From an uncultured Treponema sp. (GTDB lineage Bacteria > Spirochaetota > Spirochaetia > Treponematales > Treponemataceae): a stretch of 64,000 nucleotides of DNA. The position numbers were made by a program, and so were the translations under genes. Within the stretch, counting starts at the first letter, position 1; the number at the start of each line of letters is the position of its first letter. Location: assembly GCA_910584475.1 (NCBI GenBank), contig CAJUBD010000009.1, positions 8,866-72,865 on the forward strand, written 5' to 3'. Positions 7,888-17,393 of the stretch are shown here, piece by piece. Under the pieces are notes generated by a model that worked only from the letters and a program-made list of their open reading frames with translations, ran no database searches and had not been told where the DNA came from.

Positions 7888-10479
7888 TCATACCGCCGAA
7901 TTTTCGGCAATAATTTCTCTGTATTTTTCCCAGTTCAACGAGCGCACATCCCTTCCGAGTGCCTCCTGATTTTCGCGCACGCCCTCGAGAATTTCGAACG
8001 CAAGTTCCTTGCCCGTATTTTTTCCGTGGACTTTCTCAATGTCATCAAGAAGTTTCTTGTCGCTTGATATTAGCGCAAGTTGGAACGCGTCAAGGTCAAG
8101 CCTGAACATACGGCAGCCGAGCGGATTCTTGAAGTAATAGTCGCGTTTCATCTGCGCGTTGCTCAGCGCAATTATTTCGCTTTCCGTAAGCCCGAAGTCC
8201 GCGTAACTTTTTGCGAGCGCGGGGTTTGTGGCAGACTCGTCGGCAAGGTAGATTTTCGTGAGACACTGCTGGTCGATGGTTTCCTTGAGCGACGACTTGG
8301 ACGCGGCACTTACTTCTTGTGTGGCGAAAATACAAAACACTTTTTTCTTTCTCAATGTGCGAAGCCATTCCTGAATGAACTTCGCGAAAATCGGATGCTG
8401 CAAATAAAGCCATGCTTCGTCAAGGAAAAGAAAAGTGAGCGGCTGCTTTTCTCCAGTCGGAACATTCCAAAGTTTTTCAAGGTAGCGGAAAATATACATA
8501 AGCGCGGGCGCGACTGCCTTTTCGGATAGCCGCATGAGGCTTCCCATTTCAATTGACATCAATTTTGAAAGGTGTATGTTCGTATCGCCCGCATCGAATA
8601 TGCTTCCGAACTGCCCGCCCTCGCAATACGGCTCGATTCCAAGTTGTAGCGTGTTCTCGCCAGTTCGCGGGTCTTGATATGTCGCGGTGTACTGCTGGAA
8701 AGTGCTCAAGTCCTTTTTCGGTTTTTGAGACACAAGACGGAGCGTTTCGGTGATGACCTTGCTCATAGCGGGAGTGCATTCTATGTTCTGCTGCGCCAAC
8801 AACCCCTCGATGAACTGTTGACACCATAGTAGGCTTTCAGCGAATTCCTCGGCCGTGCACTCATCAGGATTTTTAAGTTCGCTCAAAGGCTGGAACGCGA
8901 CCGAATCCTTTCCTGGCTCGATATAGATTCCCCCACCTGCAACCATAAGCGCGCGGCTTGAAAGCTGCTTGTCTATGCAAATTATGTTCGCATCAGGATA
9001 TTTCGTAGCCTGCGCCATGAGAAGCTAGAGCAGCGTCGACTTTCCCGCGCCAGTCGGACCGAACACAAATGTATGACCCACATCGCGAACATTTAGGTTC
9101 AAGAAGAAAGGCGTTCCGTAACTTGTGGAGCATGTACACAGAGGCATTGAGCTTCCGCATGTCTCCTCGGTGAAATCATTCGTGGCGTTTCCTTGCCACG
9201 CAGAGGAAAGCGGGATTATGTTAGAAAGATTCTGCGTAGAAAGAAGCGGACGGCGCACGTTCGCATAGACATTGCCAGGCATCATTCCGAGCCAAGCGTC
9301 GAAGTTGTTCAATGTTTCCTCGATTACGCCGAAGCCGCACGAGCGTACCACTTGCTGAAGCCTCCTTGCCTTGTCCTTTGCGCGCTCAAGATTTTTGTCC
9401 CAGCACATCAAGTTGCTCGTGTAGTAGCCGAGCACATAGCGCCCCATCGTAATGTCCTCGTTCAGTTGCCCCGCTTCCGCTTCCAATGCCATCGCGCCTT
9501 GATCCTGTTTGTCGATGTTAACATTCAATGTCATTTCCGTGAACATAGTGGCGGCCGTCTTTCTCCGTGAGTAATACCTGTCTTGATATTTTTTCGATTC
9601 ATGCAGCGACTGCTCCTTTGAAAGCGGAATAAAACGCGTCGTCCATCGGTACTCTTCCATCGTGCGATTAAGACCGTCGAAGATTGCAGGATAAGTTCTG
9701 CTCGGAAAATCCATAATCGAAAGCACGGGAACATATTTGTCGCCGATTTTAAGCGGCATCGATGTTTTTACATTCTTGTCACAGATGTAGTTGTCGAGGA
9801 AAAAGAACACTCCGTCAGGATAGACAAGGCTTTCCTCTTCAATGCAGACGCATGACTTTATGTAGCTGAACATTTCGGGATTATTCAAATGATGAATCCA
9901 CAATCTGTTATTCATCGAACCCATTACCTTGTCGCATTCATCAAGGAAATTGTCGCATTCCTTTTGGACTGCGGGAAGATTCCGTGTTTGAAAAAGAGAC
10001 TTTCGCCTGCTTTTCGCATCCATCTTTTTTCCAGAGGACTTGAAAAAAAACGCGGTCGTCTTTTCGTCGATGTCGGGAGGAAGCTGATAGATGAAGGATA
10101 TGTAATACTTGCTAGTATAATGCTCGCCGAATTTTTGGAAATTCTCCGCCCTGCGTTGGTCGATGAGCCAGCCCGCAAGATTCTTGAACTCGCCCGCAGG
10201 ATATTCGCGCGTCTTCACGCGGCGCACGTCGAACTGCACCGCCCAACCGTCATCGTGGGCAAGCGACATTATGCTGCGGTTAAAGAGAGCCGCCACGCCC
10301 GCTATGTCGGAGGCCGATGAACTTTCCAAGTCAGGATATTCCACTTGGTAAGTCGTCATCAACGCGCCATCCTTTAAAAGACATACGCTCGGCTCAATCA
10401 TAAATGCGTAAGGCAGCCAATATTTTAGCTTGTTCTGCTTTTCCTTGAATTGCGACATATCCATATACGGAATTTTCAT
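7888..10479 (-). pseudogene. trbE: TrbE/VirB4 ATPase interrupted by a single in-frame TAG (9025-9027)
   Basis: GPTGAGKSTLL-TAG-LLMAQ continues in the same frame. The downstream part has Walker B FLDEAW and WLRTLRKK...FATQ. Confidence 0.9.
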
Positions 10480-10751
10480 GATGCCTCCAAAAAGTCGGGA
10501 ATCAAAATTCGCGCGAACAATATCTCAAGTGCGAACGAATCTTTCTTGCACAGCCTTTTTGCCACAATATACAGTACAAGACCAATCACTCCGCTCCAAA
10601 CGCTTACTGTCGTCATCATAATTATTGTAAGCATCATTATGGCGACTATTGGCACGACCCCAATTCCCATAATTACGTTCGGCTCCATCAGAACGCGGTG
10701 CACTGGAGACTCGTAGTCATAGACGGTAACTTCGTTTTCCATAATTTTCAA
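10476..10751 (-). CDS. trbD: TrbD/VirB3
   Basis: PVHRVLMEPNVIMG, two TM segments and KKD; overlaps the trbE start. Confidence 0.85.
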   Translation of the reverse strand: MKIMENEVTVYDYESPVHRVLMEPNVIMGIGVVPIVAIMMLTIIMMTTVSVWSGVIGLVLYIVAKRLCKKDSFALEILFARILIPDFLEAS

Positions 10752-10805
10752 TCATCCTTTTTGCATGGGAATGTGGCGGATGCTCATCGCATCCGCCACG
10801 CCATT

Positions 10806-11174
10806 CTATTTCACGCCTTCCCAAAAGAAATCCGTGATGGCACTCGCGGACATTATGATTATCACTCCTATAGCCCACGGCACGAATGTCTTGAACACCT
10901 GTATTCCGCCGCCATTTTGGAAACCTGCGACGGCAAGTATTCCGATTATTATGAGCGCGATGATACAGACGATTTCCACCCATGACGATGTGAATATCGC
11001 GAGGAACTGTTCGGAGAACGAGTCGAGCGCGTCTATTCCTGATGATTCCGCCGACACTGCGAATGTCGGCGACAAGGCTACAAAAGCCACGATTGCCAGC
11101 ATCAGTGCCAGCTTCCAGTTGATGTTGCGTCTGTCGCTTTTTTCAGCGAGGACAGTTTTGAATTGTTTTTCCAT
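10806..11174 (-). CDS. trbC: TrbC/VirB2 pilin
   Basis: Long signal peptide plus two hydrophobic helices, between trbB and trbD. Confidence 0.75.
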   Translation of the reverse strand: MEKQFKTVLAEKSDRRNINWKLALMLAIVAFVALSPTFAVSAESSGIDALDSFSEQFLAIFTSSWVEIVCIIALIIIGILAVAGFQNGGGIQVFKTFVPWAIGVIIIMSASAITDFFWEGVK

Positions 11175-11343
11175 AAGGACACACCTTGACAGAATAATTT
11201 TTTTCCTAATGATTCTTTTAACCCTAACGATTCAAAATGCGGATGACATTCACATTTTCAAAAACTTAATATTGAATTTCATAAATACAATATTGAAAAC
11301 ATAACAATTCAAAAAGCGATTTTTTCCCTTCAAAACCTCCTTT

Positions 11344-12324
11344 TCATATCAAGTTGTTTCCCTCGAGATCCTCCAAGAATGTGGAGGAATCCGCCTGATG
11401 GGTTTCCACTATTTCGTTCACAATCGGGCCTTTGTCTGTGGGAATCATATGCACCAAAAGCTGCACAGACTTCGCCACATCCGGCAACTCGCCGACAATC
11501 ACCTCACGCAGAAGGTCACGAATTCTTGCAAGCATTGTAAGCGCGGAGTTCGCGTGAATCGTCGTGATTCCGCCTGTATGTCCAGAGTTCCATGCCTTGA
11601 GAACCTCGTTCGCCACATCGCCGTATCGAAGCTCGCCGAATATGATTCTCGACACATTACAACGAAGTGCGGCTCCCACCGCCTTAAGGCAGTCTTTTCC
11701 TGCCGCCCAAATCGGAACAACGTCGCGGGCGTGGCAGGTTATCTCACTGGCATCTTCGACTATGTAGAATCGGTCATCGGGCGTAAACTCACACATCTTT
11801 TCAATTATTGCTTTTACAAGTGTAGTCTTGCCGCTTCCTGTTTCCCCGCCTACGACAATGTTGCTTCGCCGCCTTATGTGGTCGGTCAAGAGGTCGAGCC
11901 TTTCTTTCGTAATGCGTCTTTCTTTGAGGTAATCGTCAAGCGTGAAAACTTTCTCGCTCGGTCGCCTTATGAAAAACATCGGCCGTTCTGCGGCTCTTGG
12001 CGGAAGTATTCCCTCAATACGACAGTTCCACTTCGGAAGTACGCCTTCTACTACAGGATTGCCGCCGTCAATTGTAACGCCCAGTACCGCCGCACTCGCG
12101 AGAATTATGCGCCTCGTAGTCGCGTCGTCAATAACAATGTCGGTGAACACTTTTCCCATTCCGATGCCTTCAACGATTACGCGTCCCTCATGTCCGATTG
12201 CTATGTCTGTCACATTCCTGTCTTTGACAAAAGGCATTATCGATGCCATATCATTTTCAAGATTCGACAGCCATTTTTCTTGCTTCACCGTCTGTGCGAT
12301 TCCACCGATGGATGCTTCCGTCAT
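11344..12324 (-). CDS. trbB: TrbB/VirB11 secretion ATPase
   Basis: Walker A GETGSGKTT, IVED, IIFGELR, WNSGHTGGITTIHANS. Confidence 0.93.
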   Translation of the reverse strand: MTEASIGGIAQTVKQEKWLSNLENDMASIMPFVKDRNVTDIAIGHEGRVIVEGIGMGKVFTDIVIDDATTRRIILASAAVLGVTIDGGNPVVEGVLPKWNCRIEGILPPRAAERPMFFIRRPSEKVFTLDDYLKERRITKERLDLLTDHIRRRSNIVVGGETGSGKTTLVKAIIEKMCEFTPDDRFYIVEDASEITCHARDVVPIWAAGKDCLKAVGAALRCNVSRIIFGELRYGDVANEVLKAWNSGHTGGITTIHANSALTMLARIRDLLREVIVGELPDVAKSVQLLVHMIPTDKGPIVNEIVETHQADSSTFLEDLEGNNLI

Positions 12325-12758
12325 TCCTCGCCCCCTGTGCGCTCATATATGTCAAGCACCATAGACTCGAGCAAGCCTTTGTGACTTCCCTTTAGGCTGG
12401 CCGCGCAGTTTTCAAGGAATTCCTCGAAGCGTTTTTCTACGGCATCCTCGCTCGCGAACGGCCTTTCTGGAAAATACCGTATCTGATGTTTTGCGAGTTC
12501 CATAATTATCATAGCGGTCAATTCCACCTTGTTTTCCAAGTAGCCTATTTTTCGATTGTGCTGCGTGATGGTGTGGTTCAGCAATGTCGCGTCGGAAAGT
12601 TTGTTTTCGAAATGTTGCTCGCAAATTTGCCGTACAAGTTCCGATATGCCGATTCCCTTTTCGACGGATTCAGCCTTTATCATATTTTCCAATTCCACCG
12701 TAAAGCGGATTCTTATCGGAGAGGACAATTTTTGCTCCATAGGCTTGCTCATTTTCAC
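12321..12758 (-). CDS. Ribbon-helix-helix (CopG-like) DNA-binding protein
   Basis: N-terminal IRIRFTVEL...A..KGIGISELVR, in the traG-RHH-trbB position typical of Tn4371-like ICEs. Confidence 0.7.
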   Translation of the reverse strand: MKMSKPMEQKLSSPIRIRFTVELENMIKAESVEKGIGISELVRQICEQHFENKLSDATLLNHTITQHNRKIGYLENKVELTAMIIMELAKHQIRYFPERPFASEDAVEKRFEEFLENCAASLKGSHKGLLESMVLDIYERTGGEE

Positions 12759-12767
12759 AACACTCCT

Positions 12768-14882
12768 TTACGCGAACAAGTCGTAGTTTGCGGGAATCAC
12801 TTTCATAACATCGATTTCTTTCACTGCTTCAAGTGCGCTTTTTTTACTTTGTCCGTTTCTGAGGATTCTATTGCTCGGAAGCCTGTGCACGGTTCTCATC
12901 AGTTTTTCGAATTTCGGGATGGGCAGAAACTGCTTGTTCTTGAAGCGTGGGTCTTCATAATATACGACTTTTTTACCCTTGTATGGCGGCTTTCCCTCAA
13001 GAAGCACGATGCAACGAGAAAATTCCAATTTTGTCAGTTCATCGGGATTCACCAATGACACCGACACTTCTTGGCTCGAAAGGTTTGCGCTCATCGCATT
13101 TGTCATATTCGCCGAGATGTTGTCCAAAAGTACGGAGCGGTTTCCGATGCTTTCGGAAATCATCCGAGCGTCTTTGATGTTTCCCGATGCGTAAATTATT
13201 TTCGTCTTGCAGTGGTCGAGGAACGGATGGTTCTCGCCGTACACGTCAACGATTTGGTTTATCGACTGCGAAACGATGAAGAACGTCACCCCATAGCCAG
13301 CGAGGATTCCCGCGTTGAGCGCGATGTCGGGAAAATAGCCAAGCACAGGAAATTCGTCGAGCAGGAACAGGCACGGATTCTTCAGCTTGACGGAATTCGC
13401 GTTGGTCGTGCCGTCGGAAAATTTCTTTATCATGAAGGTGATGAGCATCCTGAACACAGGGGCGATTCGCTTTATGTGGTTGTACGGAACTATGAGATAG
13501 AGCGAAATCCCGTTCTTTCCGTTAACGAAGTCGTCCACGGAAAAGTCGCTGTAGGCTGTCGCGCCCGCCACAAGCGGGTCTTGGAACAGCGAGATTTTCG
13601 AGAACACGGTCGAATATGTGGAGGCGCGCTCCTTCGGATGCTGGATTTTCGAGCGGTTCGCGGCCTTCGTTATTATGCCGTCAAGCCGCGCGCTTTCTTC
13701 CATCTCGCCGTTCCTGTTCCTGAAAACATGGTGCGTATCGACCATTTCCCGGAGCATTTCCGCGCCGCATCCGCCGCCATCGTCGCCTTCCCCCGCGTCC
13801 TCGTCATCCATGCTCGCTTGGGAAAAATTTTCCAGAACTTTCGCCATGTTCTTTTCCTTCCACGGAATCTTCGGCGAAAAGCGCACGTGCATGACGACGC
13901 CCGAAAAGATGTCGCGGGCGGTGTTGTTGAAAAACTGTGTCGCTCCGTCTGACTTTGCGCTTTCCGCGCCGAAGAAGATTTCCGCGATCATGTCCGCCCA
14001 TGCATACGCGGTGTCCGGGTCGTCGGGAATCTCGTGCACGGGATTGTAGTGCGCCGTGCTTCCTTCCGCGTCGAGCGGGCGGAACGGAATCACGACGGAG
14101 AATTTGCTCCTGTAGCCCGCCGTCGCCTCGAAGTTCTCGCCCTTCGGGTCGAACACGACAATCGAGCCGCGCCCCTCGATTTTTTTCTGACTGCTTTCCT
14201 TGTCACGCGTCCAATAAGGAATTCCGTAATTCAGGCAAGTCGGTATGATCGTCGAAACGCCCTTTCCGCTTCTCGTCGGCGCGATCATCCAAGTGTTCGT
14301 CGCTCCCGAATGGCACACGAGCGGCGCGATTCTTTCTTTTTTCGTCAGGAAATTCTTCCGTATGTGCAGGACGAGGTTTCCCTTCTTCGGATTGATTTTC
14401 GAGTACACGTCGGCGTTCGCCAATTCTCCGCAAACCACGCCGTATTGCTGCAAATGTCCGAGTTCCTTCAAGTCCTTTATCGTCGCCCAACGCGCCGTTC
14501 CGTGGATGTGCTGGTTCTTTTGGTGAGAGTTGAGAATGATGCTCGTAACTATGAAAATCAAGAACGCAAGAATTAGGGAGAAAATCGCGGGCGGCGCGGC
14601 CTTGAAAAAATAGTACGAATACACATCGCTCAACGCGAATTTGAACATTCCCAAAATGAACACGAGGGGATTGTAAAGTCTGTATCCAGACTTGAAAATG
14701 AACAGCGGCCTTCCGATTACGGACGGGTCGTAGTTCATCATCGGCGCGAATTTTTGAGTTGTTACGAAAATCCCGACTACTGCAATACTCATCGGAATCA
14801 GGAAGTTCAGAATCCTTAGCCAATAGTATTTTTTGTAGCTTTCGGGGTCGCCACGGGAGAATTCCTCTTTCTTTTCAAACAC
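12768..14882 (-). CDS. traG: Type IV coupling protein TraG/VirD4
   Basis: N-terminal TMs, HGTARWA, Walker A APTRSGKG, FDPKGE, Walker B LLDEFP, QSINQI. GTG start chosen after an AAGGA RBS. Confidence 0.92.
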   Translation of the reverse strand: MFEKKEEFSRGDPESYKKYYWLRILNFLIPMSIAVVGIFVTTQKFAPMMNYDPSVIGRPLFIFKSGYRLYNPLVFILGMFKFALSDVYSYYFFKAAPPAIFSLILAFLIFIVTSIILNSHQKNQHIHGTARWATIKDLKELGHLQQYGVVCGELANADVYSKINPKKGNLVLHIRKNFLTKKERIAPLVCHSGATNTWMIAPTRSGKGVSTIIPTCLNYGIPYWTRDKESSQKKIEGRGSIVVFDPKGENFEATAGYRSKFSVVIPFRPLDAEGSTAHYNPVHEIPDDPDTAYAWADMIAEIFFGAESAKSDGATQFFNNTARDIFSGVVMHVRFSPKIPWKEKNMAKVLENFSQASMDDEDAGEGDDGGGCGAEMLREMVDTHHVFRNRNGEMEESARLDGIITKAANRSKIQHPKERASTYSTVFSKISLFQDPLVAGATAYSDFSVDDFVNGKNGISLYLIVPYNHIKRIAPVFRMLITFMIKKFSDGTTNANSVKLKNPCLFLLDEFPVLGYFPDIALNAGILAGYGVTFFIVSQSINQIVDVYGENHPFLDHCKTKIIYASGNIKDARMISESIGNRSVLLDNISANMTNAMSANLSSQEVSVSLVNPDELTKLEFSRCIVLLEGKPPYKGKKVVYYEDPRFKNKQFLPIPKFEKLMRTVHRLPSNRILRNGQSKKSALEAVKEIDVMKVIPANYDLFA

Positions 14883-14925
14883 AAGCGATTCCTTGTCATG
14901 GGCAGGCGGGAAATGCTTATGTTTT

Positions 14926-14954
14926 AGTATATATTTATTTTGCAAGAATGTCAA
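14926..14954 (-). promoter_or_regulatory. sigma70 promoter of the traG-trb operon
   Basis: TTGACA-17 nt-TATACT on the minus strand. Confidence 0.7.
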
Positions 14955-15044
14955 TAATTAAATATATAATTTAATTCAAAGAAAATATATATTTTCTTTG
15001 AAAAAGATATTGACATATTCAAGTTGTTGTGATACAGTTTAATT

Positions 15045-15296
15045 ATGGGACTTGGCAATTGGGGCGGCGCGCGAAAAGGAGCTGGCAGGAAAAAGGGCGA
15101 GATTGAATACACGACTCTCTCCATCGCGTTGCCAAAAGATGAGGCGGAAATTCTGAAGAAAATTGCGAAGGAGCAAGGTATGACTGTGAGCCGTTTCGTG
15201 AGCAAATATCTTGGACTGGAAACAGCGGCGGAAAATGAAAGAAAGTCGAAAGCCATGCTTCCAGATAATATTACTGGCGGGAAACGACTTTGCTAG
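15045..15296 (+). CDS. Small RHH-type DNA-binding protein
   Basis: WGGARKGAGRKK followed by TLSIALP...LKKIAKEQGMTVSRFV. TTGACA (15010)-17 nt-TACAGT just upstream suggests a leaderless mRNA. Confidence 0.65.
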   Translation: MGLGNWGGARKGAGRKKGEIEYTTLSIALPKDEAEILKKIAKEQGMTVSRFVSKYLGLETAAENERKSKAMLPDNITGGKRLC

Positions 15297-15306
15297 GAGT
15301 TTGAAA

Positions 15307-15624
15307 ATGATTTTTACTATTTTCGCACTTTTGCTTTCGCTGTTGTTGGGATTTATAATATTCACGCCTTATATTTTTGTGTTCATCGCAACCATAGGAC
15401 TTGCGAAGGCGGCGGCATTCGAGACTTGCATTGAAATCGCAGCATTAGTCTGCCTCGCGGCTAAAGCTTTGTGGGAACGCTCGAAGCCGGTTTCAATTGC
15501 CATCGTGGTTCTTGCATCGCTTGCGGTGATTCTGATGTTCGTCGGAACTTTTCCAAACGTTTACCAGACGGTATGCTTTTGGTTTGACAGCCTTTACGAC
15601 AAGTGGTTCGGCTGGGCATGGTGA
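15307..15624 (+). CDS. Small membrane protein
   Basis: AGGAG RBS and several hydrophobic segments. Confidence 0.6.
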   Translation: MIFTIFALLLSLLLGFIIFTPYIFVFIATIGLAKAAAFETCIEIAALVCLAAKALWERSKPVSIAIVVLASLAVILMFVGTFPNVYQTVCFWFDSLYDKWFGWAW

Positions 15625-15738
15625 TTTCAAAAATGTCCAATTGGAACGACAAGGATTGAAAATGAAAAATTTAATTCTTTTAAAATCATTCTTTCTCGCG
15701 TTGCGAGGTCAGATAAAAAAATTTACAGGAGGTGAAAA

Positions 15739-16065
15739 ATGAATGAAAGTGAAAATTTCGCCGCGTTCGTGCAGACTGTGTGGCCACGCGTTGTGTTCGT
15801 CAAGACGAAAAAGAGAATCACGAAGGAAAATTTTTCGGAACTTGAGGAAAGCATAATCCGAGACGACGACACGCCCGACCTGCGCGACATCGAAGGCGGC
15901 GCGGTTATATTCCCGCTTTCCGTCACGAACTATCCTTCCGTGCTCCGTTCGATGACGGCGAGCCAAGCGGGATGGTGGGCGATGTGCAAATGCGACAGCG
16001 TAGGTTGGGAAAAGAACGACGAGAACATCCGAAGTTGTCTTTCCAATTTGGAAATGGACATGTAG
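15739..16065 (+). CDS. Hypothetical protein
   Basis: 108-aa ORF with a strong GGAGGTG RBS. Confidence 0.6.
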   Translation: MNESENFAAFVQTVWPRVVFVKTKKRITKENFSELEESIIRDDDTPDLRDIEGGAVIFPLSVTNYPSVLRSMTASQAGWWAMCKCDSVGWEKNDENIRSCLSNLEMDM

Positions 16066-16230
16066 TGTCACGACCCCTTGACAAAGTTTGATGGAGGGGA
16101 CATACTTTCACAAAGATTCAAATCAAGCCCAAAGCCGAAAAAACATTCAGGGGCAGGATTCGCAGGTCGGATTCGCACGGCACTGAAAATCCATTTTTAA
16201 TGGGCGGAAAATTCCGCTCGAGGAAGCATT

Positions 16231-17298
16231 ATGTTGAAAAGTTTTTCAATGAGAAAACTTTTGGTCGCCATATTCTTTGTGGCAGTGTGTTCGAATCTGT
16301 TCGCACAGGAATTCAACGCGGATAGATTCGCGTTCGAGGCTGTGATTGCGGCATCAAAGGATAAGGGAGATGGCAACTACGAAATTCAGTTGCTCGACTT
16401 GGATTCGAAAAGCGACAAAACTTGGTTCGTATATACATGGAACGCATCAAAAGAAAGTGGGAAGAAAATTTTCAAGAGCGTGACCTACTACCAATTCAAG
16501 TGCGCGTTCCTTGCGACTTGTGAAGAGGCAGACGGAAATAAAAATCTTGTCTTGAAAATTGGCGACAGCATCGCCTCACGGCAGGTGAACGCGGACGGCT
16601 CGCAGATAGAGGGTGGAACCGATATCCAAAAAATCGCGTACAACTGGTCGAACAGTCCAACTAGCAGAATGAAGAATCTCAAAGAGATTGTAGACGCAGT
16701 GGCGAAGAACATCACTGACGCGCTCGCGCGACAAGACGACGGACGCTTGGACGCACTAGTCGAATTTCTCTGCGACAACGGCAACCTCGCCCACATAGAC
16801 ACCGACACGCTCGGAATTCTTGCGACAAGACACAAAGAACTTTGCAGCGTTCCAGCGGTGATTGCGCGTCTCAAGACTGAGAAATCCGAAATGTGGTTCA
16901 AGGACTACCTCGAAAAAATTTCCGACGCTCCGTTCAGAAACACGTTCAAGCTTTTCACAGTAAAAGAAAGCGATGTGGCGGAATATAAGTACCGTGCGGA
17001 ATTCTACTGTCCTGTGTACAAGGTATATTCGTACACAAAGGAGGACAAAGAACTTGCGGAAAATTTGGCATACATAAACGGTGATAGGGAAGAGAAGCCC
17101 CCAATGCAACGGCGGAAGGAAGCGTTGCGACAGGCAAACATGGGTTCGTCCAATCCTGTCCTCGTGAAATTCTACACCAACGACGCGAAGTTCATCGACT
17201 TGAATAAGAACGACAGCGTTGAGGTCAGCGGAAAATTCAAGAAATTCAACGCTCTGGGACTGGTGCAAGACATTTTATCAATAGATGTCTATGAATGA
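16231..17298 (+). CDS. Secreted hypothetical protein
   Basis: Signal peptide MRKLLVAIFFVAVCSNLFA; 355 aa. Confidence 0.7.
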   Translation: MLKSFSMRKLLVAIFFVAVCSNLFAQEFNADRFAFEAVIAASKDKGDGNYEIQLLDLDSKSDKTWFVYTWNASKESGKKIFKSVTYYQFKCAFLATCEEADGNKNLVLKIGDSIASRQVNADGSQIEGGTDIQKIAYNWSNSPTSRMKNLKEIVDAVAKNITDALARQDDGRLDALVEFLCDNGNLAHIDTDTLGILATRHKELCSVPAVIARLKTEKSEMWFKDYLEKISDAPFRNTFKLFTVKESDVAEYKYRAEFYCPVYKVYSYTKEDKELAENLAYINGDREEKPPMQRRKEALRQANMGSSNPVLVKFYTNDAKFIDLNKNDSVEVSGKFKKFNALGLVQDILSIDVYE

Positions 17299-17345
17299 AA
17301 GATTGAAATATCTAAAAAACTTCTAAATTAGGCGAAATGATTCAA

Positions 17346-17377
17346 AATAAAGCCCGCCCTTTGAGGCGGACTTTATT
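17346..17377. terminator. Bidirectional terminator between convergent genes
   Basis: AATAAAG-CCCGCC...GGCGGA-CTTTATT imperfect hairpin. Confidence 0.6.
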
Positions 17378-17393
17378 CGTTTCAATCAATTTC

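Noticed and set aside
9025..9027. Element-wide TAG recoding as an explanation for the trbE stop
   Set aside because: TAG is an ordinary stop for trbC, topB, the transposase and 15739..16065, and no suppressor tRNA is visible.
14883..14954. TTG start for traG given by the ORF track
   Set aside because: That TTG is the -35 hexamer of a well-spaced promoter; GTG at 14882 has an RBS.
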